Positions 53,882 to 62,967 of a stretch of 64,000 nt of DNA are shown here, in pieces. Each line of letters opens with the position of its first letter. Within the stretch, counting starts at the first letter, position 1. Below the pieces are notes generated by a model. It was not told the DNA's origin and did no database searches. It worked only from the letters and a program-made list of their open reading frames with translations. The DNA comes from Phycisphaerae bacterium (GTDB lineage: Bacteria > Planctomycetota > Phycisphaerae > UBA1845 > Fen-1342), in NCBI GenBank assembly GCA_963675745.2, contig CAXXWX010000012.1:18969-82968 (forward strand), written 5' to 3'. The position numbers and the translations under genes were made by a program.

Positions 53882-55348
53882 CACATCCGGCCACTTGATC
53901 AGCAGCTTGACGGCCTCGTCCTGGAGGGCTTCATAGGGCTTCACGCTGCCGGGGATCTTGTTGTAGATGATCGAGAACGCCAGCCACTCACCCGACATCG
54001 TTTTCACATAGCCACTCAGGGCGCGCACGCCGCCGATGTAACCCGTTTTGGCGAAGACGTGGCCGTTCAGGCCGGCGAAGCGCGCTTCGAGTGTCCCGTC
54101 GATGCCGCCCTTGGCCAGGCTGTTGAGATATGCCGCCCCGTCGTCAGGCCGCGCGCGCATCACCGCCAGCAGATCCGTCAGCAGCCGCGACGTGACCTTG
54201 TTGTCCTCGCTCAAGCCGGAACCGTCGGCCACGACCATCTGCCGGTCGTCGATGCCGTTGGCACGCAGAAACGCGCGGATCGCCAGGCCGCCATCCGTCC
54301 ACGAACCGGGCACGTTGCGGCCCTGAAGAGCGGCGTATGCCCGCCCGGTCAGCTTGCACAGCGCCTCGGCGAAGAGGTTCTGACTGTTCGTGTTGATGCG
54401 GCCGAGGATGTCACGCATGCCCGTCTCGGCGGTGGCAATCACCGCCTCGCTCGGCGGTGGCAGCGCGCCGCCGAGCGGCTGCACGGCGCGCTTGATCTGG
54501 CCGTCAACGGTGACGCCGCGCGCCGCGAGATGTGTCCGCAACGCGTCACAGAAAAAGGCTCCCGGGTCATCGACCGGCTTGCTCTTCATCTCGGCGCGCT
54601 CGGCGCACGTCCCGCCGATCTTGTATGTGTTGCGGCCCGGCAGCTTTTCGATCGTGGGGGCGTGCTCGGACCCGGTGCGGCACTCGTTGACCACGCGAAT
54701 GTCCCGCACCGGCGGCATGACTTCGTAGGTAACGAACTGGCCGGCGGCGGTCGGGTGAATCGTGATATCGACGCAGTTGTCGTTAAAAGTCAGCCCCGTA
54801 ACCGCCGCCCCGTACCAGTGCAGCACGTCTTCACCCCATGAGGGGTGTGTCCACTGGCTGTCGAAAGCGTCTTCGTAGTAATACAGGTTACCCTTGACGT
54901 GCGCCAGGCCGCGCGCCTGCAACGCCGCCGCCCATTCGTCGAATACGCCGGTCGGCGTTTGGCCCTTGCGTTTGGCAAGTCGCGGGTCGCCGACGCCGGG
55001 ATCGCCGGTACCGATGACCCACAGGTCGTCGCCGTCGCGGCACAGATATGTCTCGAAGCTGTGATCGATGCCGAACATGTCCAGCCCCGTCGCACTGACC
55101 GGCAGCTTCATATTGCTGGCGGGTGTGTACGGCTCGTCGATGTCGCGCGCATACAGCTCGTGGCGCCCGGGCAGTTCGATCACGCGTGCCGTGACGGTTG
55201 CCCCAGTGTCATCGAGGCGCGTGAGAATCTCATCAAGCCGGCTGCGCAGCGCGACTTCGCGCGCGCCCTGCTGGCTGATACAGCCGGTGGCGAGGAGCAG
55301 CAGAAACGGCAGGGCGGCGTAACGCAGGCGTATGGTTCGTTTTCGCAT
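53876..55348 (-). CDS. dacB: D-alanyl-D-alanine carboxypeptidase/endopeptidase (PBP4, peptidase S13)
   Basis: SxxK PASNMK, G.GDP, SxN SQNLFAE, DGSGLS and KTG motifs; lipobox ATGC. Confidence 0.92.
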   Translation of the reverse strand: MRKRTIRLRYAALPFLLLLATGCISQQGAREVALRSRLDEILTRLDDTGATVTARVIELPGRHELYARDIDEPYTPASNMKLPVSATGLDMFGIDHSFETYLCRDGDDLWVIGTGDPGVGDPRLAKRKGQTPTGVFDEWAAALQARGLAHVKGNLYYYEDAFDSQWTHPSWGEDVLHWYGAAVTGLTFNDNCVDITIHPTAAGQFVTYEVMPPVRDIRVVNECRTGSEHAPTIEKLPGRNTYKIGGTCAERAEMKSKPVDDPGAFFCDALRTHLAARGVTVDGQIKRAVQPLGGALPPPSEAVIATAETGMRDILGRINTNSQNLFAEALCKLTGRAYAALQGRNVPGSWTDGGLAIRAFLRANGIDDRQMVVADGSGLSEDNKVTSRLLTDLLAVMRARPDDGAAYLNSLAKGGIDGTLEARFAGLNGHVFAKTGYIGGVRALSGYVKTMSGEWLAFSIIYNKIPGSVKPYEALQDEAVKLLIKWPDVE

Positions 55349-55363
55349 GATGTATGCACCTTT

Positions 55364-55416
55364 CAGCGGTCAGCGGTCAGCAGTCAGCGGCCAGCTTTCA
55401 GCTTTCAGCGGTCAGC
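55364..55416. repeat. CAGCGGT/CAGCTTT heptamer tandem array
   Basis: Seven full units plus a partial unit between the dacB start and the lower-GC cassette. Confidence 0.85.
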
Positions 55417-55423
55417 CGGCCCG

Positions 55424-56251
55424 TCATGTGCGTGGTGTTCTTTGAGCATTCCCCCAATCGGGGTCACGACTATACAAAAACACGCCATGTCTACCCGGGT
55501 GCTCTGGAAAGAGTTCGTTGCGCCGATCCGTAAACGAGGCCGCCCAGAAGACAGAGTGGAACCACTCATAGCCTGCCATGTCTAGAAGCGCACGGCGGAC
55601 GTCATCCATGTCAGCGAAACCGTAGGCATCGTATAACACTAAGATCACATGTGCACACTTCGCGCGTACTCGTTTCTTCTCCAGCTTTGCCCGCTTTGTC
55701 GTTACTGCATTCTGCACCAATCCCTGAAGCTCTTCGTGGATCTCTCCCTCCCACTTTGCTTCCGGGAGATGTACCAGCCTAACAGCAGCGCCGCCAGTGC
55801 TCACTTTCCGGATGCTGACACGTCCTTGTTCGTCGGTGAGCAGAATAGACTCTCCGGCAGGTTGTTTTGCGGCCACCCTTCGCAGATAGGACACCGCCTT
55901 CTTCACAAGCAAGCACCAATCCGCAGAGGTGCGCCGTGGCAAGTCTGGCTTACGGTGGACTGACAGGACGTACGTACCACTCAAGCACTGCTGAGTTGTC
56001 GCAGCGTCTCCCACTGCTTTCTCAAGCGCGCAACAAGCTGCCCAACACGCATTCTCGGCGGCTATGGTTATGCTCGTCACCTCAGCCGCGTACTTGCGGC
56101 CATCGACGTGAACCCAGAAGTCAGGTGGATCGTCCTTCTCGCGCTGGACGTCAACCCGCCGGCAGCTACAGTGCCGGATCAGTTGATGCCTCAGCGAATC
56201 GATGCAGACGAGTTCTTCGTCAATACGTCCCATGCGGTGTGCCCGTATCAC
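55424..56251 (-). CDS. hypothetical protein, possible PD-(D/E)xK fold
   Basis: 275-aa ORF in visibly more AT-rich DNA; DPPDF..YAAEVT motif; start uncertain. Confidence 0.55.
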   Translation of the reverse strand: MIRAHRMGRIDEELVCIDSLRHQLIRHCSCRRVDVQREKDDPPDFWVHVDGRKYAAEVTSITIAAENACWAACCALEKAVGDAATTQQCLSGTYVLSVHRKPDLPRRTSADWCLLVKKAVSYLRRVAAKQPAGESILLTDEQGRVSIRKVSTGGAAVRLVHLPEAKWEGEIHEELQGLVQNAVTTKRAKLEKKRVRAKCAHVILVLYDAYGFADMDDVRRALLDMAGYEWFHSVFWAASFTDRRNELFPEHPGRHGVFLYSRDPDWGNAQRTPRT

Positions 56252-56820
56252 AATCTGTATGCCGCCTCGTCACGCTCCATTGTCGGACCGCCCCATACAC
56301 TACAATCGCCAGTTTGTTGGTTGAAACGCGATCGCATCGATGCCGGGTCGTTGACAGCCACCTCTCCAAACAGGGTTATGATGTCATCTACCCACATACG
56401 GTACAGATGCTGGCGACGCGTCCGGTCAGAGTTAAACAGCACCGAGTCGAGACGAGCGTCCGAGTCGAAACATGGCAGGAACACAAAGCTGTGGATCAAT
56501 TGGTTCGCAATCCACCGCACAGGCTGCGTGACTGGTACGGGCTGCTCAAGGTCGTATTTCTGATCGACTTTGTCCCAGTTTAGGAAAGTGACTGCACTTC
56601 CCGTCCAGGGATAGCTCTGCAGGGGTAGCTGGCGATCGCGGAGGTCATCCGAGATTCGGTGTGCCTCAATCAGCTTCCTAATCGCATAGAACCCGATCAT
56701 CAGATCTTTCTCAAGACCTGCGGTGGACCGCGCAACCCACCGCTTCAGTGTACGTCGCCGCTGGATCCGATGGGCGTGCCGGAGAAGTTCCTCTTTCCAG
56801 TATGGTGATTCCCAGATCAT
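56248..56820 (-). CDS. hypothetical protein
   Basis: ~190-aa ORF (MIWESPYWKEELL..GFYAIRKLIE..ANQLIHS) abutting the next gene; atypical composition. Confidence 0.65.
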   Translation of the reverse strand: MIWESPYWKEELLRHAHRIQRRRTLKRWVARSTAGLEKDLMIGFYAIRKLIEAHRISDDLRDRQLPLQSYPWTGSAVTFLNWDKVDQKYDLEQPVPVTQPVRWIANQLIHSFVFLPCFDSDARLDSVLFNSDRTRRQHLYRMWVDDIITLFGEVAVNDPASMRSRFNQQTGDCSVWGGPTMERDEAAYRL

Positions 56821-57011
56821 TGTTGCCAAGCTTTCGGTTCCGTGGGGGACGAATAATCGTGTGCCACATGACCATGGAGGACTGTAATATGATACGATGG
56901 GCAGTGCAATGCCGGTGGCTCGTCACTGTGCTACCGCACGCGCATGATACAGTCGGCGGTGCTATCCCGTTTGTATTATCCCCATGATTTGCCCCGCAGG
57001 GGCATCTGATT

Positions 57012-57173
57012 CTAGCCCAGCACGCGGTGCTGGGATTAGGTCATATACAGGACAGGTGAGTCCCGCCAGGGACGGCTGGATCCTCAGTCGTCCCTGACGG
57101 GACTCTGTCTTGATGTAGCCGTGGTAACCGCAGCACTTCGTACTGGGCCAGGTTCATTTCGTCCCTGCGGGAC
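57012..57173. repeat. REP/REPIN-like palindrome cluster (GTCCC..GGGAC family)
   Basis: CCCAGCAC-gcg-GTGCTGGG; long stem AGTCCCGCCAGGGACGGCTG-gatcct-CAGTCGTCCCTGACGGGACT; terminal GTCCCTGCGGGAC. Confidence 0.7.
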
Positions 57174-57216
57174 GGCACGGCGATGATCGGCCAATTGCGT
57201 TGCCGCTTGCGCTTGC

Positions 57217-57459
57217 CTATCCGATGATCAGCAGCGCTACGTACGGGACCACGTTGAAGAACAGAAGAAAGACCTTGAATAGTCCGAGGAACGAGTACAT
57301 GACCACGTTGAAGGTCTCGCGTGGAATCGGGAACCACAGCCTTTGTGTGCGGTACACAAGATCCGGGGCCGCGATGCACACGACGACCCATAGCACAAAC
57401 ACGCCGGCGTTGATGATCGTGCACCACATGAAGAACGTTGTCAGCGTCTGAATGTCCAT
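57217..57459 (-). CDS. small two-TM membrane protein (DUF6868-like)
   Basis: FFMWCTIIN and FKVFLLFFNVVPYVALLII motifs; RBS GGAGG. Confidence 0.75.
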   Translation of the reverse strand: MDIQTLTTFFMWCTIINAGVFVLWVVVCIAAPDLVYRTQRLWFPIPRETFNVVMYSFLGLFKVFLLFFNVVPYVALLIIG

Positions 57460-57560
57460 TGTGTGCCTCCGGAATCAGGTTGCATTGTCCTCTGTTCGGT
57501 ATGACACGCGCCGGCCGCGAATGTCAGTGTGTATCGACGCAGCCGCAACGTTTAGGCAAT

Positions 57561-57633
57561 GTGTGCCACGGCTCTGTGAGCCGTGCCGGCCATACGCGGG
57601 ATGCAAAGCACGGCTCACAGAGCCATGGCACAC
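57561..57633. repeat. inverted REP doublet (REPIN-like)
   Basis: GTGTGCCACGGCTCTGTGAGCCGTGC ... GCACGGCTCACAGAGCCATGGCACAC with a 21-nt spacer, right after the spmB stop. Confidence 0.8.
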
Positions 57634-57642
57634 CTTGCGCTG

Positions 57643-58200
57643 TTATGCAAACACCGCGTGCGAGACCCAGACCGCCGCCAGGATGCCGGCCAGGTCGGCG
57701 GTCAGACCGGCCAGCATGGCGTGACGGATGCGCTTGATGCCTACCGAACCAAAGTAAAGTGCGATGATATAAAACGTCGTGTCCGTGCTGCCGAACATGG
57801 TCGAGGCCACCTTGGCGTTGAAAGAGTTCGGGTCGGCTTGCACGACTTCCGTAACCACGCCCAACGCGCCCGAGCCCGACAGCGGTTTCATCAGGGCCAC
57901 CGGCAGGACTTCCGACGGCATACCCACCAGCGCGGTCAGCGGGGCCAGCGCGTCTGACAGGTAGCCCAACGCGCCGGACACGCGAAACATGCCAATCGCC
58001 ACCAGAATCGCCACTATATACGGCAGAACCTTGAGGAATATATCAAAGCCCTCTTTGCCGCCTTCGATAAACGCCTCATACACGGCGACGCGTTTGACCA
58101 TCGCATAGGAAATGATCAGAAAGAAGATCAACGGGACCGTCAACAGCGAAATCTGATCGACGATGAATCTGAACCACTCTTGCAGTATATCCAGCATCAC
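57643..58200 (-). CDS. spmB: SpmB-family membrane protein (nucleoside recognition Gate domain)
   Basis: VYEAFIEGGKEGF, LMKPLSGSGA and GSTDTTFYIIALYFGSVGIKRIRHA motifs. Confidence 0.88.
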   Translation of the reverse strand: MMLDILQEWFRFIVDQISLLTVPLIFFLIISYAMVKRVAVYEAFIEGGKEGFDIFLKVLPYIVAILVAIGMFRVSGALGYLSDALAPLTALVGMPSEVLPVALMKPLSGSGALGVVTEVVQADPNSFNAKVASTMFGSTDTTFYIIALYFGSVGIKRIRHAMLAGLTADLAGILAAVWVSHAVFA

Positions 58201-59177
58201 GCACCCTCCCCATCACCGGTCATCGCGGGTTCCTCGTGCTGCCGGGCGTCTTCCGCGGCTTGCACCGAGAACATGGGCAGCTTGCCCAGCACCTTCACCA
58301 TCACGATCGCCGTGATCGTCGCGACCAGGCCGGCGATCATGCACGTGCCGATGATCTCGAGTGGGCGGGCACAGCCGGCCGAGTTGCGCATCGCGATCAG
58401 TGTGGTCGGCAACAGCGTAAACCCGGCCGTGTTAAAGCCGAGCAGCATAATCTGTGAGTTGCTGGCCACGTCGGGGTGCTTGTTAAGACTCTGAAGCTCC
58501 TGCATCGCCTTGAGGCCGAAGGGTGTGGCGGCGTTGCCGAGGCCCAGTACGGTGGTGGTCCAGTTCATCAGGATCGCCCCGTTGGCGGGGTGGTCCTTGG
58601 GTACGTCGGGAAACAGAAAGCGGATGATCGGGTAGAACACGCGGGCCACCAGTTGCACGATGCCGGCCTTTTCGCCGACCTTCATCAACCCCAGAAACAG
58701 CACCATCACCGACACCAGCCCGAGCGCGATCTTGAAGCCGATCTCTGCATAATCAAAAGCGGCGTCGGTAAGCGATTGCAGCTTGACAATCCGCGGGGCG
58801 GCGACGGGCGTGTCGCCGACGAAGATTTCACAGTCGCCATGTGCGTGCGTGTCCCAGCGGAGGGCGTAGCCGGCGTCGACGCGCCGGGTCGAGATCAGCC
58901 AGGGGCGGTTCGGTTGGTGTATCTGGTCGTCGGGCGCAATGCGCAGCTCGCCGGGCACCAGACGCAGCGTGTACTCGCAGGCCTGCGGTGTTCCGTCGCT
59001 GCCGGGCGCGAGGATGGTCAGCCTGTTCTCGCCGTCGCGGAGGAGCTCGCCGGGGATCAGCGTTGTGGTGGGCGTGTAGTGTTGCCCGACGCACAGAACG
59101 AACGCGCTGAGGATCATTAACCCCCAGATAGTGTTGATGTTCAATATCGACCGCATCAGATCGCCGAGTATTCTCAT
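58197..59177 (-). CDS. spmA: SpmA-family membrane protein with extracytoplasmic insertion
   Basis: FLGLMKVGE, LFPDVPKDHPA, LGLGNAATPFGLKAMQELQ and LLPTT motifs; RBS AAGGAGG before the ATG at 59177. Confidence 0.87.
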   Translation of the reverse strand: MRILGDLMRSILNINTIWGLMILSAFVLCVGQHYTPTTTLIPGELLRDGENRLTILAPGSDGTPQACEYTLRLVPGELRIAPDDQIHQPNRPWLISTRRVDAGYALRWDTHAHGDCEIFVGDTPVAAPRIVKLQSLTDAAFDYAEIGFKIALGLVSVMVLFLGLMKVGEKAGIVQLVARVFYPIIRFLFPDVPKDHPANGAILMNWTTTVLGLGNAATPFGLKAMQELQSLNKHPDVASNSQIMLLGFNTAGFTLLPTTLIAMRNSAGCARPLEIIGTCMIAGLVATITAIVMVKVLGKLPMFSVQAAEDARQHEEPAMTGDGEGA

Positions 59178-59380
59178 TTGCAGCAGGCCCTCCTTGTTAG
59201 CCACATGGGCCAGCGTTGCCGTTGGCGCCCGAACAGCAAAACGTGTACCACTGCTCTTGAGCAGTGCGGAAACCGAAACCGCCCGGTGACAGGCACTGCT
59301 CAAGAGCAGTGGCACGCCGGTGCGCAACTGCCTCGGCCGACTCGGGGCTCGGCCGCTACGCAACGCCGTTGCGGGCGCCG

Positions 59381-60667
59381 TTACGTTGATTCGACGCTTT
59401 CGGCGGCCAGCAGGTCTTCGTATGTTTCACGCCGGCGGATCAGGTGCGGCGTGGCGCCGGACACGAGCACCTCGGGCGCTCGTGGGCGCGAATTGTACTG
59501 GCTGGCCATGGTCATCGCATATGCGCCGGCGGTGAAGACGGCGAGCACGTCGCCGCGCCGCACTGGCGGCAGCAGTCGTTCCCTGGCGAGAAAATCGCCG
59601 CTCTCGCAGACCGGTCCGACCACGTCGCACCGCACCAGGCCCTCCAGTGGCTGCTCGGGGGCCCGTGATGTCGGTACATACGCGCCCGGATTCACCGGCC
59701 AGATGAAATGGTAGGCGCCGTACAGGGCCGGCCGCACCAGATCGGTCATCGACGCATCAACTATCACAAAGCGGCGTGAGCGCGTCTCTTTCACGTGCAA
59801 TACGCGCGTCAGCAATACGCCGGCATTGGCGGCAATCGCGCGTCCGGGTTCGATGATCACGCGCAGGCCGGCGTCGCGCAGCAGGGGTGCCAGCGCGGCC
59901 GCGTAGTCCGCCGGCGCGGGCATGTCCTCATCGCCGTAATACGCGCCATAGCCGCCGCCAATGTCGATAGTGTCGATCGTGTGCCCGGCGGCGCGGAGCT
60001 GGTCGCACAGTTCCAATGCCCGGCTGACACTTCGGGCGTGGGCGTCCACATCGCGCACCGGCGAGCCGATGTGTACGTGAATCCCGCACAGGCGCACACC
60101 CGCCGCCTCTCGGCTGCTCTCAAACACCGCCAACGCCCGGTCGAGGGCTACGCCGAACTTCGTGTCGACGGTGCCGGTGGTCGTGAAAGCGTGTGTGCGC
60201 GCGTCGACGTTTGGATTCACGCGCAAGGCGGCGACGGCGGTCACGCCGCGCTCGCACGCCAGGCGGTTGAGCACCTCGAGCTCGGACTCCGACTCGACGT
60301 TAAACAGGCCGATGCGCGCGTCGAAGGCCTCGACAATCTCGCGGTCCGTCTTGCCCACGCCGGCGTAGACGATCTTTGCGGGGTCGGCCCCGGCGGCCAG
60401 CGCGCGGTGCAGTTCGCCGCCGCTGACCACATCAAACCCACTGCCGCGCTCGCGCAACAGCCGGCAGATGTGCGTGTTCTGGCAGCTTTTCACGGAGAAG
60501 CAGATCAGCGGATCAACGTCGGCAAACGCGTCGCGCACGCGGTCATAGTGCCCTTCAAACGTCCGCCGGGAATAAACATACGCCGGCGTGCCGAACCGTT
60601 CGGCCACAGTCTCGGCGGGCAGATCTTCGCAGCACAACACGCCGTTGCGGTATTCGAAGTGGTCCAT
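59381..60667 (-). CDS. lysA: diaminopimelate decarboxylase
   Basis: GTPAYVYS, FSVKS, FDVVSGGE, HVHIGS, DIGGG, IEPGR, VGPVCESGD and MASQYNSRP motifs. Confidence 0.95.
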   Translation of the reverse strand: MDHFEYRNGVLCCEDLPAETVAERFGTPAYVYSRRTFEGHYDRVRDAFADVDPLICFSVKSCQNTHICRLLRERGSGFDVVSGGELHRALAAGADPAKIVYAGVGKTDREIVEAFDARIGLFNVESESELEVLNRLACERGVTAVAALRVNPNVDARTHAFTTTGTVDTKFGVALDRALAVFESSREAAGVRLCGIHVHIGSPVRDVDAHARSVSRALELCDQLRAAGHTIDTIDIGGGYGAYYGDEDMPAPADYAAALAPLLRDAGLRVIIEPGRAIAANAGVLLTRVLHVKETRSRRFVIVDASMTDLVRPALYGAYHFIWPVNPGAYVPTSRAPEQPLEGLVRCDVVGPVCESGDFLARERLLPPVRRGDVLAVFTAGAYAMTMASQYNSRPRAPEVLVSGATPHLIRRRETYEDLLAAESVEST

Positions 60668-60866
60668 CGGGGTAGGAACCTTCCAGAGGTCGCGGGCAAG
60701 AGAGACGCTGTCGTCGCGGACAACTGTTGATTCAGAGAGATGCTAGCGACGGGCGACGAAGGCGGCAAGTTGGCGCGGCGACCATACAACCGGGCGACCA
60801 GGCGCTGGCGGCGGCGGACAACGGTTGTCGGCGCGACTCGTGCTTGCGGAGATCGACGGTGCCGCA

Positions 60867-62202
60867 CTACTCCGGCCGCGGCGCTGATGTTGCGTTCAGG
60901 CCGATCTGCACTGAGCCGGCGCTGTTATTCTCGATGCGCGCCGCGCCGCTGAAGACGTTTGCGGCGATGACCGCGCGTTGCACGCGCGGCCCGAGCGCCA
61001 CCTGGTTTGCATCATTGCGGAACTCGCAGCCGCGCACCAGGATCGTGCCGCTTTCCGCCTGGATGGCGGCGCGGCCCTCGCCGGCCTTGTCCCACTGCAT
61101 GAACGTGCAATCAGAGAAGCCCACCGTGCCGAGTCCACCCACGCGCGCGATCTGGTGGTTCGGCCCCCAATATGCGCAGTTGACAAAACGCACGCTGCCG
61201 CGATGGCCAGGGCCGACCACGACCATTGTCGGGTTATCGCCGTTGAAGCTGACAAACTCGCCGTTGGTGATCAGCAGTCCGTAGGGGGCGCTCTGATCGA
61301 CCATCACGCCGGCTTCCACGCAGTCGTCGGCGCCGATGCCCAGGAAGTTGCCGTTGCAGGCGCCCCGGGGCGTCTCGATGAAGTGATAACCGATGCGGTA
61401 TCCGAAACAGAACGTGTTGAGGACATATTGCCAGTCGCTGTGCGCCCGAAGATGAACCCCCTCGCCGTTGGCCTTCTGCCAGTCGATCAGCGGTTTGTGC
61501 ATACTCCACCAGGGGTTCCAGTGCACGTTCTCGATCCGGCCGATGTCGAAGATATCGTCAACGAAAATACCGCGGCGCAGCGGCTGGCCATGCACGTTGC
61601 GGATCAGGTGGCGCTGGTTTCGCGAGAGGCGTCAATGCCGTTGTAGGGATTGAGCAGTTCGACGTCGATAACCGCCGGGTTGTTGCCGAGCGCTATGGCG
61701 ATGGCATATGGGTATGGCTTGGGCACGCCCGTCGGATCCTGGTTGGGGGTGGTGAATGACCACACGCCTTGCAGCGTTGCGTTGGTGGTCAGCTCAATGA
61801 ACGGCGGCCCAACCTCAGAGCCCTCGCCGGCGACCGCGAGCAGAACGGTGCCGTATTCAGGCCGCGGTTGGCCCTGGTCGCGGATGCCCCGTGTGCGCCG
61901 GCACGGATTGCCAGATGCCGGCCAGTGTAACGGCCATCGGCACACGCAGATTGCCGGCGATCAGATATGTGCCGCGTGGGGCACGGACGATACCGCCCTT
62001 TGCTTTACCGGCCGCGTCGAGCGCCGCCTGAAAGGCCTTTGTGTCATCGGTCTTGCCGTCGCCGCGCGCACCGTAGTCACCAACATCATAGTCGGATCGG
62101 GACGCGGTCGAGTCAGTGTCGGGGCCGCGCGCCTGGCCGAACGACAGGGCCAGCAAGAGGGGCGAGTAGCGCGCCCGCCGGTAGCCAGAAACGTGGTGTC
62201 AT
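60867..62202 (-). pseudogene. pectate_lyase_3 / GH28-related beta-helix protein split by several frameshifts (possibly assembly errors)
   Basis: Consecutive minus-strand pieces: MTPRFW.. (RBS AAGGAGG), DYGARGDGKTDDTKAFQ, GNNPAVIDVELLNPYNGID, GQPLRRGIFVD..IGRIENVHWNP. Confidence 0.75.
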
Positions 62203-62720
62203 GAGGAACCTCCTTGGCCCGCAATGCGTCGTTGCCGCCTGATTGGTAAGTGCCGGGGGTGCCACGTTAATTAGAAACGCATCCGCAGACCGTGGCACAG
62301 GCCCGCAATTCGCCGAGATAACGAGCCGAAAGTCGCTGCGGGCCTGCGGTTGAGGGTGGGGTGAGTCTTGCCAGTGCTGCCATTGGCGGCGGCGTGGCGG
62401 GAATTTCCCGCGGATTTGTCAGTTGCCGTGAAATATCGGCGGAGGCGCGACGTTTAGCCCTGGGGAGGTTGTGTCGTTCCGGCGGCGCGATCAGGTTGGT
62501 TTGTGCGCCGGCGCGGCACTCGCCCCGAATCGGTTTTTGATCCGCTGCCGTGTTGTGATGCGCGGTTCAGCCGACAACCGCGCAAGTAGTCAGGTCTTTG
62601 CCACCGAGAAAGCTTCCCTGCTGCCTCCACCTTCCGTAGGATGTCCGGGATACGATTGGACAGTCTCGTTGACCTGTCCCGCCGGCGGCCAGATGACGAG
62701 CCAGACCCAGGAGCATCAGT

Positions 62721-62924
62721 GTGAACCTCAAACCTCTCGAATGCCTGCGACGCTGTCGCCATTTCGCGATCCTCGCGGGGATAGTCCTCGTGCTGGCCGG
62801 CGGCTGCCCGGTCGATACGGACGACCTGGCCACCGATGTGGTCAGCGCCACGCTGGATTCAATCTCGAATTCGCTAGTTGGAAGCGCTCTCCACCTATCT
62901 TGCGGGAAATCTGATGGTGTCTGA
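62721..62924 (+). CDS. small lipoprotein-like hypothetical protein (3' end may be frameshifted)
   Basis: RBS AGGAG, hydrophobic stretch, lipobox LAGGC-P. Confidence 0.5.
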   Translation: MNLKPLECLRRCRHFAILAGIVLVLAGGCPVDTDDLATDVVSATLDSISNSLVGSALHLSCGKSDGV

Positions 62925-62967
62925 CGTGTTCCCTCAAGGTGGCGCCACGAGTGCACGCCGCCGGCAC

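Noticed and set aside
55424..57560. Integron cassette array
   Set aside because: No integrase and no convincing attC (RYYYAAC..GTTRRRY) pairs around the ORFs.
62203..62720. Possible ncRNA or riboswitch in the long divergent intergenic region
   Set aside because: No recognisable conserved RNA motif by eye; would need a covariance-model (Rfam) search.
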